IMG/VR virus record: IMGVR_UViG_3300035696_000020
Span: 1 to 64,000 of that record
Source of the DNA: a virus
Length of the DNA stretch: 64,000 nucleotides
Reading direction: 5' to 3' (one strand)
Shown here: positions 1 through 10,900 of the stretch, piece after piece
How the letters are laid out: every line of letters starts with the position of its first letter
How positions within the stretch are numbered: the stretch's first letter is position 1
The notes under the pieces: model-generated
Database searches by the model: none
Told to the model about the DNA's origin: nothing
Seen by the model: the letters and a program-made list of their open reading frames with translations, nothing else
Made by a program: the position numbers and the translations under genes

Positions 1-2
1 GA

Positions 3-719
3 ACGTTATCCGCTGCGGTAACAATCACATTGCCGTTGCCTGGGTTCTACATTGTTGAGAATCTGTGTACGGTAGGGGCATATTACGTTGCTCTGTCTAC
101 TCCATCTCCTGGAAATGTGATTGGTGCGCCACCTGGCGAGGCAGTTCATATCTACAGCGATGGGACCAGCGTGAAGTATGTAGACCTCGAAAGGGTAGGA
201 ACATACGTTGATTTTGCAGTCTCGTCTGTCCCAGCTTGGATTACGGCATGTACGGTTCCGCCGTATTTGAATTGCAATGGTAGTACATTCAGCGGGACAA
301 CCTATCCTGTTCTTGCGGCATATCTCGGTGGCACTACACTGCCTGACCTTCAAGGGCGAGTTCGTGCTGGTCTTAATCAAGGAACAGGACGTATTACGAC
401 GGCGGGCAGCGGCGTAAACGGTGACGTACTACTATCTGGCGGCGGCGCACAGAACCAACCGATCCTACAAGCAAATCTTCCCAACATTAGTCTCCCTGTA
501 ACTGACCCAGGTCATACACATAATCCGGGAACAGGTTCTTTGTTTGTGGTTAATAATGGTGGTAACAATATCACTACCGCAGGGAGCGCCCTAGGATCGT
601 CTGCTACTACTTCAAAATCAAACACTGGAATTACGGTTGGAACTGGCGGTAGTGGAACTGCGCTAACAACAATGCCTCCCGTTGCTATTGCGGGAATTAC
701 GCTAATCCGGGCTGGATAA
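3..719 (+). CDS. Tail fibre protein with phage tail collar domain (5'-partial)
   Basis: Frame open from the window edge; collar motif YLNCNGSTFSGTTYPVLAAYLGGTTLPDLQGRV and HTH metal motif (PGHTHN). Confidence 0.85.
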   Translation, partial: TLSAAVTITLPLPGFYIVENLCTVGAYYVALSTPSPGNVIGAPPGEAVHIYSDGTSVKYVDLERVGTYVDFAVSSVPAWITACTVPPYLNCNGSTFSGTTYPVLAAYLGGTTLPDLQGRVRAGLNQGTGRITTAGSGVNGDVLLSGGGAQNQPILQANLPNISLPVTDPGHTHNPGTGSLFVVNNGGNNITTAGSALGSSATTSKSNTGITVGTGGSGTALTTMPPVAIAGITLIRAG

Positions 720-2773
720 TGCCATTTGGTAGCGTAACACTAGTCGCAGGGGTAAATACAGAAAGAACTCCTACAACCCTTCGGGCAGGCTATTCTCAGA
801 GTAGCCTAATACGTTTTCGAGATGGATTAGCTCAAAAGTACGGTGGTTGGAAAAAGTTCTATCCCTTTGCGTTAAGTGGTGTTCCTCGTGACCTTCATGC
901 ATGGGAGGACCTTAATACAAATACCCACTTGGGAATTGGGACGACAACAGCACTAGATGTTATTACGTCTGGCACATTAACTGACATCACGCCACAGACA
1001 CTTATAACGAATCCTGCGCCTAATGCGCCGACATTTTCAACCACAATGAACAGCACTACTGTTGGGGTAATAGACCCTAATATATCTAACGTCACTGGTT
1101 TTGATACAGTATTTTTCAATGTTCCAGTATCGATCGGTGGACTGATACTTGATGGTCTTTACCCGATATTGGAGTCAACGGGTACACACTCATACGCAAT
1201 AACAGTGCCAACGGCCGCAACAGCGACTTCCACTACTGCAAGTATCCCAATATTCACAACCGCAAATGGAAGTGCAGTTGTCAACGTAAATCTAACCGCA
1301 CACGGACAATCAGTAGGGAATACCGTTGTATTTGCAATTCCAACCACAGGAAACGGGGTCACGATTACTGGAGCTTATGAAGTCGTTACCGTAACAGATG
1401 CAAACGATTTTTCCATCAATGTAACCTCACAGGCAACCAGTTCTGGTTCGTTCACAATGAACGGCGGCAATGCTCAGATTGTCTATTATATCGCATTGGG
1501 ACCACCACCATTAGGTGAAGGCTATGGATTAGGTGGGTACGGCACAGGTGGGTACGGCACTGGAACATCGAACACGGTGCAAACTGGCAACAAGATCACC
1601 GCAACCGATTGGACAAGTGACAACTGGGGCGAAATCCTCGTAGCCTGCCCTAAGAACGGTGGAATCTACTACTGGGACCCGACAGGTGGGTTTCAAAACG
1701 CGCAAATCATACAGACAGGCCCAGTCTTCAATAGCGGGATGTTCGTATCGATCTCCGAACAGATCATGATTGCGTTCGGTAGTAGCATTCATCAAGGCAT
1801 CGGGAACCAGCAACAGCCGCTTCTAGTGCAATGGTCGGATGCGGGTAATTTCTTCCAATGGACGCCGGCTGCATCGAATCAGGCTGGTAACTTCACGCTG
1901 TCCCCTGGCTCTGCGATCATTGCGGGGCTCGCTGGGTCGAATCAGAATCTTCTATGGACTGATTTGGACCTATGGGCAATGAACTACATCGGGCCTCCGT
2001 TCGTGTTTGGATTCAACAAGATTGGCAGCGGCATGGGGGCGGTATCGTCGCATTCAATCCAACAACTTCGCGGTAGTGTGTTCTGGATGGGGCGCTCGAA
2101 CTTCTATTCGTACACTGGGAACGGTGCCAACGTCGTCCCATGCCCGATCTGGGATCAAGTCTTTCAGAACATCAACACGAACTATCTACAGAACATTCGT
2201 GCAATGCCGAACACTCCGTTCAATGAGGTTGGATTCCTTTACCCAAGCGCCGCAAGTACATCTGGCGAGTGCGATAGCTATGTGAAGGTCAACATTTCGG
2301 AGGCCGGGACACCTTGGGATTACGGTCCTGCGAATGCCTTGCCACGATCTGCCTGGATAGATCAGACCGTGCTTGGCAATCCGATTTCAGCTTCGCCGAC
2401 TGGTCTAATTTATCAGCAAGAGATGACAAACGATGCTGACGGACAGCCATTGGTGGCATCGTTTACCACGGGATTTTTCTTTCTCGGAGAGTCTGAGGAT
2501 TTTGTCTTTGTGGACCAAATCTATCCTGACTTCAAGTACGAAACTGTCACCGGAACATCCTCTGCGCAGATTCAGTTGACGTTTAACGTAACGAATTACC
2601 CATGGGACACACCTATAAGTTATGGTCCTTTTACCGTGACGCAGGCAACCGAATTTGTAAGTGTGCGCTTCCGTGGACGCATGATGAGCATCACCGTAGA
2701 GTCGGCCGATACAGGAACATGGTGGAGAATCGGAACGGTACGCTACCGTTATTCCCCATCTGGGCGTCGGTAA
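719..2773 (+). CDS. Tail tube / P22 gp10-like packaged-DNA stabilisation protein
   Basis: 684 aa beta-rich protein, WSD..N motif, C-terminal R.RGR....ES....WRIG..R; position after fibre and before ejection proteins. Confidence 0.7.
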   Translation: MPFGSVTLVAGVNTERTPTTLRAGYSQSSLIRFRDGLAQKYGGWKKFYPFALSGVPRDLHAWEDLNTNTHLGIGTTTALDVITSGTLTDITPQTLITNPAPNAPTFSTTMNSTTVGVIDPNISNVTGFDTVFFNVPVSIGGLILDGLYPILESTGTHSYAITVPTAATATSTTASIPIFTTANGSAVVNVNLTAHGQSVGNTVVFAIPTTGNGVTITGAYEVVTVTDANDFSINVTSQATSSGSFTMNGGNAQIVYYIALGPPPLGEGYGLGGYGTGGYGTGTSNTVQTGNKITATDWTSDNWGEILVACPKNGGIYYWDPTGGFQNAQIIQTGPVFNSGMFVSISEQIMIAFGSSIHQGIGNQQQPLLVQWSDAGNFFQWTPAASNQAGNFTLSPGSAIIAGLAGSNQNLLWTDLDLWAMNYIGPPFVFGFNKIGSGMGAVSSHSIQQLRGSVFWMGRSNFYSYTGNGANVVPCPIWDQVFQNINTNYLQNIRAMPNTPFNEVGFLYPSAASTSGECDSYVKVNISEAGTPWDYGPANALPRSAWIDQTVLGNPISASPTGLIYQQEMTNDADGQPLVASFTTGFFFLGESEDFVFVDQIYPDFKYETVTGTSSAQIQLTFNVTNYPWDTPISYGPFTVTQATEFVSVRFRGRMMSITVESADTGTWWRIGTVRYRYSPSGRR

Positions 2774-3270
2774 AATGAAAATTCACCGTATTTTTCAATT
2801 TCACGCTTTAATCTGACTTCAATGGCTTCTTCTTTTGTCGCAAAGCTTCCTAAATATTCATCTGCAATCCGCGCCATCCATGGTTTTGGTTCTCTTTTAG
2901 GATGGAATGTTACACCCGGAGTTCCGTGAGTATTGGTTGATCGGATTTTGCTGTTTCTTCGGTTTTGAGGAATGGTTGCCTCTCTAAGATTTATGAACCG
3001 ATTGTCATCTTTCTTGCCGTTGATATGGTCTACTTCATGTGGCGGCCATCTGCCATTTGATAATGCCATCACTAGACGATGAACCAAGATCATGCAGCCC
3101 TTGTATCTTATTGAAAGATATCCATCTGGGCGACGGCATCCTATTGGCCTGCCAATAATGACTTTTTTAGCTACCTTCTTTGACCAAGATAGAATGCCAG
3201 TCTCTTTATTGTAATTCAAAACAGATCGAAGTTCTTCAATTGGGATAGATTCTGACTTTGTTGACTTCAT
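2749..3270 (-). CDS. HNH homing endonuclease with AP2-like DNA-binding domain
   Basis: VHRL..EVDHINGKKDDNRFINLRE HNH motif, GV.F...W.A.I...YLGSF.T.EEA AP2; start moved to ATG 3270 behind GGGGG RBS. Confidence 0.9.
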   Translation of the reverse strand: MKSTKSESIPIEELRSVLNYNKETGILSWSKKVAKKVIIGRPIGCRRPDGYLSIRYKGCMILVHRLVMALSNGRWPPHEVDHINGKKDDNRFINLREATIPQNRRNSKIRSTNTHGTPGVTFHPKREPKPWMARIADEYLGSFATKEEAIEVRLKREIEKYGEFSFYRRPDGE

Positions 3271-3345
3271 AGAGGCCCCCTTACGTGCGCTCAGAAAAAG
3301 ATAGGGGACCACAACATTAAATTCAAGAGGGGATGAGCAAATTTT

Positions 3346-3720
3346 ATGACATATCAACCACCTGTCAACCCACCGACTACTGCCCAAGGTACTGGCTCCC
3401 TTGCAGACGTAGTCACAGCCCTTCAAGGCATCATACGCCACCTGTCCGCATGGGTGCAGGCATTCCAAGGCCGGGTGACTACGGGATCATTTACCATGCC
3501 AGCGGCGGCAACTGCGACGATTGCCCAGCCAGCAGTGCTTGCGACCTCGGAAATCTCATTGCAGGCAGTCAATGCCTCAGCGGCGACACTAACCGGAAGT
3601 AGCAAATCACTTTACATCCTATCGAAGTCACCTGGAGTGTCGTTTACGGTCAAGACTGGGGACGCAACCAATGCGGCGGGCACCGAATCCTTCACCTACC
3701 TCATCAACTCGCCAACGTAA
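3346..3720 (+). CDS. Putative virion protein
   Basis: GAGGGG RBS; Thr/Ala-rich beta-type sequence within structural module. Confidence 0.55.
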   Translation: MTYQPPVNPPTTAQGTGSLADVVTALQGIIRHLSAWVQAFQGRVTTGSFTMPAAATATIAQPAVLATSEISLQAVNASAATLTGSSKSLYILSKSPGVSFTVKTGDATNAAGTESFTYLINSPT

Positions 3721-3793
3721 CCACTACCTTCTCAACCGGCTTCTAATCGAGGCCCAACACGTCAATCTACTAGGGATAATGGGTAACACAATC

Positions 3794-4099
3794 ATGGCAA
3801 GAGACTACCTTAACCTACCTGCTACACTTGATGCACTAGAAGACGAAATGGACCGCGAGGCGTCCGCTGTCATTGAGGCTGCGCGTAAGGTACAGGAACG
3901 CGGCCTTGCGGAAATGAAACGCGCTCACGGTGCGATCAAGGTCAAAAACACCGCGATCGACCGTATGCAAGCCTTCGCCGACAACATGGAAGCCCGCAAC
4001 ACCTCGAATGGTGCACCCCCTTTGGCTGGTGGGGCCTCGTCTACGAACTCCACCGAAACGAAGCCCGGTGAGACTGCGCATCTTGGAGCCAAGTCATGA
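3794..4099 (+). CDS. Hypothetical coiled-coil protein
   Basis: ATG 3794 within ORF 3671..4099; helical heptad character. Confidence 0.5.
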   Translation: MARDYLNLPATLDALEDEMDREASAVIEAARKVQERGLAEMKRAHGAIKVKNTAIDRMQAFADNMEARNTSNGAPPLAGGASSTNSTETKPGETAHLGAKS

Positions 4100-4269
4100 C
4101 GATCGGGTTTGACGAACACCGCCAGATCGCACGGGATCGGTTCTTCGACGTGATGAAGATGCACATCGAAAACAATGACTGGCAACTAACCGACGATGAG
4201 TTGGTCAGGACTGCGTTTCGTCGGTACGAGAAGTTGCGTGGTGCGCCGCTGATTGATCCGAATGAGTAG
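4096..4269 (+). CDS. Hypothetical 57 aa protein
   Basis: ATGA overlap with upstream stop, GGAG RBS; MTIGFDEHRQIARDRFF... Confidence 0.5.
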   Translation: MTIGFDEHRQIARDRFFDVMKMHIENNDWQLTDDELVRTAFRRYEKLRGAPLIDPNE

Positions 4270-4546
4270 TTCTGATTTTTCGATAGGCCGCCAACCACTC
4301 ACGTCGAAATTGTTTGCGATCTTTAATTCTTGATGAAATCTGACCCGCGTCATTAATTTCGATTGCAGCCATGATCTGATTGTAGATGCAGTTACGAACT
4401 GAAGTTTTGAAGGTTGACGATGTTGCCTCAATTGCTTCTGGATACATGACTTCAATATAGGCAACAACTTCCTTTCCAATATCCATTGCAATTTCTTTGA
4501 CTAGTTCACGGCTCCAAGATTCTGGTTCGGCGGGTACTGGCAGCAT
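4205..4546 (-). CDS. Hypothetical protein
   Basis: AGGAG RBS on minus strand; 113 aa helical ORF. Confidence 0.6.
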   Translation of the reverse strand: MLPVPAEPESWSRELVKEIAMDIGKEVVAYIEVMYPEAIEATSSTFKTSVRNCIYNQIMAAIEINDAGQISSRIKDRKQFRREWLAAYRKIRTTHSDQSAAHHATSRTDETQS

Positions 4547-4568
4547 CTTTTTCTCCTAGGAGGGTTAA

Positions 4569-6086
4569 ATTCCTTTAGAACATAGCAGTTCCAACGCAAG
4601 TTTCAAGCAAAATGTGTCCACTTTGATGAAAGAAGTGGGTAAAAGCAAGCACGTCAATAGCCCGCAGCAGGCCCTTGCGATCAGTTATGCCATACAACGT
4701 CGTGGCAAGGCAACCGGAGGCGTCGTCGGCTATGACGATGGTGGGGCGGTTCCTCAGTCACATATCAATGAAGCAGATGACGCACTTACATTGAATCCGC
4801 AAGAAAAGTCATTATATCAGAGGCACTTACGCAATCTATACGGCTCTGGCGGTGTTGATAATCCTGACGGCACTCGATCGACGCTTTTCCAATCAGTCCA
4901 AGAACACAATGGTAAATTCTATAACATACCGACTGTTTGGGATGGTAAGATTGAAACTCAGCCTTGGACAAACCCTAATACGGGCGAAACGATGCCCATG
5001 CCGAACGATACGGCCTTAAAGAACGTCGAAAAGGCTGGCTGGGATTCCTTTCCTTCATACGACACTCCCGAGGAAGCAGATGCCAGATACAATCAAATGC
5101 ATGATTTCATGCAAAAAGACACAATTGACTATCAGAATCATGCCAGAGGCGGCGTCGTGAGACGTTCTGGCGGCGTAGTTCCGCATTTTGATGATGGTGG
5201 GGCGGTCCAGTCAGTAATCCAAGCCCTATCCCAAGGCAGTCAGGGTGTCGCCGCTCCAGCCCCTCCTAGTTCAACTACCGTACCTTCCGCAACGTCATCT
5301 GGCCCGGTTACTCCCTCGCCTCCAAGCAGTGCCACCGTACAGCCTATGAGCGCGTCAGGGACACCGAATACCGGAGTTGCCGCCGCTCCTACCATGGGCG
5401 CACCGGGCACACCACAAACGCAGCCTATGGCCTCTGGAGTGGCACAAAACACGATGCCACAGGTCCCAGTACCGCAAGTCCAGGCAGCGAACAGCCCAAT
5501 GGCTAAAACGCTCATGAAGCGCGGTGGCCGACTGCATCGTGCCGTAGGTGGCTTCGATATGGCAAAAGGCCCCCACCTACAACCGTCACCACTCGCGAGA
5601 CGTATGGACAACCGCATGACTAGCGGAATGATGAGCGGGATGATGCACGGTCCGATCCTTTCCGCCGTGCCAGGACGTACGGATAGACACAATGTGAACG
5701 TTCCTTCAGCTTCCTATGTGATTCCCGCTGATGTCGTTTCCGCCCATGGCCAAGGCAATACTTTGGCGGGCATGAACGTATTGAGCAAACTTTTTAAGCT
5801 TGGACCACATGGTTCTTCCATGAAAATGGGGCGAGGACCAGGAGCACCGCAACCACCAAGGGCGATGGCCCATTCAGGCGGCGGGAAGGGCGGCGGATCG
5901 TCAATAGGTAGCCCTACACCTGTAGTAGTCGCAGGCGGTGAGATGATAATACCTCCTGAGAACTTGATGGCCGTTGTTCACCCGAACATCAATCATGCCC
6001 ACGAAATCATGGACAAGTGGGTGCTTAACGAGCGCGCCAAACACATAAAGACACTTAAGGGCTTGCCAGGACCAGCAAAGGACTGA
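4569..6086 (+). CDS. Internal virion protein with xxGGxV repeats (probable ATT start)
   Basis: AGGAGG 4558-4563 then in-frame ATT giving MPLEHSSSNASFKQNV..QALAISY; 8 GG motifs; C-terminal GRTD....VP..SYVIPADVVS domain. Confidence 0.7.
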   Translation: MPLEHSSSNASFKQNVSTLMKEVGKSKHVNSPQQALAISYAIQRRGKATGGVVGYDDGGAVPQSHINEADDALTLNPQEKSLYQRHLRNLYGSGGVDNPDGTRSTLFQSVQEHNGKFYNIPTVWDGKIETQPWTNPNTGETMPMPNDTALKNVEKAGWDSFPSYDTPEEADARYNQMHDFMQKDTIDYQNHARGGVVRRSGGVVPHFDDGGAVQSVIQALSQGSQGVAAPAPPSSTTVPSATSSGPVTPSPPSSATVQPMSASGTPNTGVAAAPTMGAPGTPQTQPMASGVAQNTMPQVPVPQVQAANSPMAKTLMKRGGRLHRAVGGFDMAKGPHLQPSPLARRMDNRMTSGMMSGMMHGPILSAVPGRTDRHNVNVPSASYVIPADVVSAHGQGNTLAGMNVLSKLFKLGPHGSSMKMGRGPGAPQPPRAMAHSGGGKGGGSSIGSPTPVVVAGGEMIIPPENLMAVVHPNINHAHEIMDKWVLNERAKHIKTLKGLPGPAKD

Positions 6087-6158
6087 TAGGATAGCGGAAT
6101 CGGGCGACGTGTGGTGCGCCGTCCGATTCCTAACCAACCGAACCATAAGGGGGTTCAA

Positions 6159-6872
6159 GTGGCTGATGAACAGGATAAACACGTTTCACGCCAAGAAGCA
6201 ATAGCACTCGGTCTTAAATATTATTTTGGACATCCCTGTAAGCATGGCCATGATGGCAGCAGATACACTAAAAGCAATGTTTGTGTTGAATGTCTGCGGG
6301 CGCGGCATAAACGGTATAACAAAGAAAGGCGTACTCGGGCGGGATATAAAGAATATCACAAAAAGACCGCTGAACGCCGCCGCGAATTGGAACGCGCTAG
6401 GTATGCTGCTGACCCTGAAAGATTCAGAGCAAGCGCTAGGGCAAAATATGTCAAGAATAGAGAAAAATTAAAGCAAAAAAGCCGAGAGTATTACCGTAAG
6501 TCTTATCTCTATGATCCTGAGTATAGGAAAAGAGCACAAGAACGGACTAGGCAATGGGCGTTGGATAACCCAGAGCGTGCAAAATATAATACCAAAGTAT
6601 CCAAGCATAGGCGTCGCGCATTAGAAGCCAAGGCCGAAGGAACATTCACTGCACAGGACGTAACTGATCTCGTAAAATTACAAAAAGGTAAGTGCGCCTA
6701 TTGTACTAAGAAACTTAAACTTAAGGATAGGCACGTTGACCATATAATCGCCTTATCTAAGGGTGGTCCAAATTCTCGACAAAATCTACAACTAACCTGC
6801 CAAAAATGCAATCTAGAAAAAGGTGCCAAGGACCCAATAGACTTCGCTCGTTCATTAGGTAAGTTGTTATGA
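6159..6872 (+). CDS. HNH homing endonuclease
   Basis: N-terminal G.PCKHGH..R....CVEC, C-terminal CAYC..HVDHIIALSKGG.N...NLQLTC..CN. Confidence 0.9.
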   Translation: MADEQDKHVSRQEAIALGLKYYFGHPCKHGHDGSRYTKSNVCVECLRARHKRYNKERRTRAGYKEYHKKTAERRRELERARYAADPERFRASARAKYVKNREKLKQKSREYYRKSYLYDPEYRKRAQERTRQWALDNPERAKYNTKVSKHRRRALEAKAEGTFTAQDVTDLVKLQKGKCAYCTKKLKLKDRHVDHIIALSKGGPNSRQNLQLTCQKCNLEKGAKDPIDFARSLGKLL

Positions 6873-7156
6873 AAAAGCGTTTCCTCTGTTGGCATGGTAC
6901 TTCCGAAGAGAACGCACACTCCATAATGGAGACGGGTTTCGACAAGTGGACCTATTTCGCAGCACATCTTGAAGACGCGCTTGCCTTCGGTGGGCCATTC
7001 GTATTTGCCGTGTGGTTTCCAGATGAGCCTACGCATTGGCAATTCCGCATTAGGAGGCGCATCTCACCAAAGCGAATAAAATCACTGACGGTTTTCATGT
7101 CAATGACATTGTATGGAGAACCGCAGTACAAAAGTGAGGCAGATGAGGGAACATGA
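6869..7156 (+). CDS. Small ADP-ribosyltransferase-fold protein (putative)
   Basis: WHGTS....SI...GF...TYFA.....A..F resembles the H-Y core of PARP/DT-type ARTs. Confidence 0.5.
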   Translation: MKKRFLCWHGTSEENAHSIMETGFDKWTYFAAHLEDALAFGGPFVFAVWFPDEPTHWQFRIRRRISPKRIKSLTVFMSMTLYGEPQYKSEADEGT

Positions 7157-7440
7157 AATCAGTAGACAACGTAGGCGTTACCTTTGCCAATCTTCTCTTG
7201 GCTAGAGGTATCTTCAACGGCATCGTGAACGTTACATTAGGATGCTTGCTTTTCGAGCCATCGGATGACGGCAATAAAGTAGAGCCTGCGCCGACGATAA
7301 CCTCTAGGCTCCGTATGGACGTAGCTTGTGCACGTCAGTTGCGCGATGCTCTTACTTCAATCATTGCATCTGTAGACGCCGAGACGGCACCGCCGCCTGA
7401 CACTTCCGAAATGGCACGTGAGCGCGACACATTGAACTAA
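7153..7440 (+). CDS. Hypothetical protein
   Basis: GAGGG RBS, coupled to neighbours. Confidence 0.6.
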   Translation: MKSVDNVGVTFANLLLARGIFNGIVNVTLGCLLFEPSDDGNKVEPAPTITSRLRMDVACARQLRDALTSIIASVDAETAPPPDTSEMARERDTLN

Positions 7441-7949
7441 TGGAAACCGTTCGGATTGCGACGCGGGCGGACGAGCCTGAAATCATCCGTCTGCTAAAAA
7501 TCATGCATGCCGAGGGCGGTATGCTTCCATTGTCGATACCTCGTGCGCGTGAAATGTTTAATCGCGCATTCGACAAGACCGGAGGTATTATTGGTGTCAT
7601 TGGTCCTAAGAATGACATCAAAGCGATGATATTCTTAAACATCTCGCATTATTGGTACACAGACGAATGCCACGTCGAAGAGATATATAATTTTGTCCGG
7701 CAGGATCATCGTAAGTCTGAATACGCTAAAGACTTGATAAATTTTGCCAAAGATTGCGCTGACAAGCTTAAAATGCCGCTTGTTATTGGCGTTCTTACTA
7801 ATCAACGCATGGAAAGCAAAGTTAGGCTGTATCGTCGCATCCTAGGGACACCAGTAGGAGCGTTTTTTGTTTACGGTGCAAATTGGGTCAATCTAGAACT
7901 TTCAAATGACGATTTTTGGAAAAGTCTATTTAAGAAAAAGAGTGATTAA
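7440..7949 (+). CDS. GNAT-fold acetyltransferase-like virion morphogenesis protein
   Basis: VRIAT..D, FVRQDHRKS acetyl-CoA loop, LY motif; typical position just before ejection genes. Confidence 0.75.
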   Translation: METVRIATRADEPEIIRLLKIMHAEGGMLPLSIPRAREMFNRAFDKTGGIIGVIGPKNDIKAMIFLNISHYWYTDECHVEEIYNFVRQDHRKSEYAKDLINFAKDCADKLKMPLVIGVLTNQRMESKVRLYRRILGTPVGAFFVYGANWVNLELSNDDFWKSLFKKKSD

Positions 7950-7960
7950 GGGAGGCTAAT

Positions 7961-10900
7961 ATCGGCCAAAAAGGAAGTCAAACTACGACCTCTACAACGC
8001 AACCAAACTCGGTTGCAATGGGAAACTATTACAATCTGCTTTCGCAAGCAGGAAATGTTGCGGCGCAACCATATGTGCCGTATTCAGGAGAACTTGTAGC
8101 TCCTGTTAATGCCCAGCAGCAGACTGGTATCGGAAATATAAACCAATATTCAGAAGCTGCACAACCTGCGTTGCAAACTTCCGAGGGCATGGCATATAAT
8201 GCTGCCCAGCCGATTACGCAATCACAAATTCAAGGGTATATGTCACCATATACTCAGGACGTTGTTAATGCCACGGAACAGCAGTTCCAGAATCAGAACG
8301 CGATACAACAAAGCGGCGTTACCGGAAATGCGATTGCGCAAGGCGCGCTTGGTGGTAACCGCTCCGCAGTAGCACAGGGTATTGTAGCAGGGCAGCAACA
8401 AGCGGCAGAGGCACCTGTAATCGCTGGCTTGGAAAACCAGGGATATACCACCGGCTTAAATACTGCGCTTACTGAACAGCAGGCAATGGGCCAAGGCGCA
8501 CTAAGTCTCGGCAACCTCGCAACGGCAGCGCAGAATGCAGGACTCACCGGAGCAAATGCACAGGTCGGTGCTGGTACATTAGAGCAACAGACACAGCAGG
8601 CAGCAGATACGGCACAACAGAACGCATTCTATCAGCAAGAATTTGCACCGGAAGCAATGCTATCTTGGGAATCTGGCATTGATACTGGCGTAGGTTCGCA
8701 AATGGGTGGAACGTCAACCACCACAGCGCCGGCTCCGAGTGTTTTATCTCAAATGCTTGGACTTGGGACTGGAGCACTTGGTATCTTAGGAGGCACAGGA
8801 GCATTTGGTTCTCAAGGTTATCTGAACTATAATAACCCAAATTCAATTTTTGGGTCTGGCTCTGATCGCCGCATCAAGGAAAATATCAAACGTATCGGTA
8901 AGTTGAACGACGGACAGCCAATCTATCGGTTCAACTATAAAGGCGATCCTGCAACACATATTGGCTTGATTGCCCAGAATGTTGAGAAAAAACATCCTGA
9001 CGCGGTACGTGAATTTAACGGTATTAAGCACGTCAATTACGATGAGGCCACCCGAGACGCAGTACGTCGCAACAGCGGTGGTCTAGTCCCACACTTCGAC
9101 GGTGGCGGGAATGTGAACGCCGCGTCGCTAGAGCCTGAATTGCAGCAAGCCCTTCTTGGACTAGAACAGCAACAGCAAGATGTAATTGGAAGTGCAAGAG
9201 GCGGCGTAGTTCCACACTTCGACGCTGGCGGCATTACGCCGTACTTTAGCAATAGGTACATTCCAACTCAACCGATTACACGTGGGTCTGGTCCTCCACG
9301 GCCGCCTAATTCACCACAACAACCCAACGCCCAACAGATGACGAATCAGATCGGTTCGCTAACCAAGGCGCTGACGGGCGGTGGGCAGTCTCAGGGCGTC
9401 AATCCTACCAATGTTCCAGGCGCAACCAATCAATATGGCGTAACTGCTCAAAACGGGCAACCAACTACATCTCCATCATTTGGTCCTGTTGGCATGGTTC
9501 CTGATGTTGTTCCGCTTGGTGGTGGTGCTGGGAATGTGACAGGGATTTATCGACGCGGCGGCGTAGTCCCAGGATATGCGGACGGTGGCGGCGACGATAG
9601 TTTTAACGATCGGTTCGCAGGTTGGCAAGACTTGCCTTCTCCCACGGAAGGTCTAGGACTCGCGCCAAACCTCCGTTCTGATTGGCAGTCAGGCGATGCG
9701 TATCCTCTCCGTGATGTCAATCCGAAGACAGACTTCACGCCAGACCGAGGTGGGATATTCGACCCAACGACAGGCACGAGCACGTCATACGAGAACCCGT
9801 ACCGTGTAGACGAAACGCCATTGCCACGATCACGTCCACAAGTTGAAGATACGGATACGATTAATACTCCCGAGGGCGATGTCTCTGTTGCCCAGGTAGG
9901 CCGTGGGCTGAATGGACCTCTGCCCGATGATCTTATGTCATTTGCGGACACAGGACAAGCACCATCTGCTGGCGTAGCACCGAGTGGCATTGATTTGTCG
10001 GGAAGTTCAAAACTCTGGCCTGCGCTTATGTCCGCTGGGTTCGGCATGATGGCATCTCGCTCGCCGTTCCCAGGAGTTGCGATTGGTGAAGGTGGCGAGC
10101 GTGGTGTAGGCACGTACACACAATTGGCAGAGAAGGAAGCAGAACATAAGTTAAGTCAGGAACAAATCAATAATGCAGCCAAGAAGTTGTCTGACGAGGC
10201 AGAATACCACAATAAAATGTTGGCTCAAAAAACTGCACCTCATGTTATTGCCGAAGAAGAAAGGGAAACTTTAACTGGTACACAAAAGAAAAAGATATAT
10301 GGAGATTGGGACCCGGTTCTAAAGAGATATGTCCCGGTTGAATATACTCCTGCTAACGCTTCTAAAAAATCTCCGTTGGCGCCATTAACGCCACAGGAAG
10401 CGCCGCAGCCTAATGCACCGCAACAACCTCAACAGGTAACTCCTCCACCACCTCAACATTATGACGAAAGTCTTGCACCCGGTGGTATTCATGATGCAGA
10501 AACAGCAAGAATGGGTAGTGCAGAACCAGGAATTTCTCCACAAGAAAAGCAATGGCGTCAAGGCGTAGAACAGAATTGGACTAGATCAGTAGCACCTCCG
10601 GGCGCCCAAACAGGTCAAATTGAATTACATCCAGAGGTACTACAAAAATATTCTCCGTCCGAACAAAGTCTTATAAAAGGCATTGCGGAATACAAACAAA
10701 AGCCTCCTCCATTGGGTAGAGACGCCGCAATAAGGCTGGCTGCTGCTGTGCGTGAATACAGTCCGACATACGACGAAGCAAGATATCCGACTCGTGCTGC
10801 TGCGATGAAAGCGTTTGTTGGTAATGGTCCAGAGGCTAGGAATCTACAATCTATTGATATGGCAATCCAACACGTAGCTGGTGCAATGCACAACATTGAC

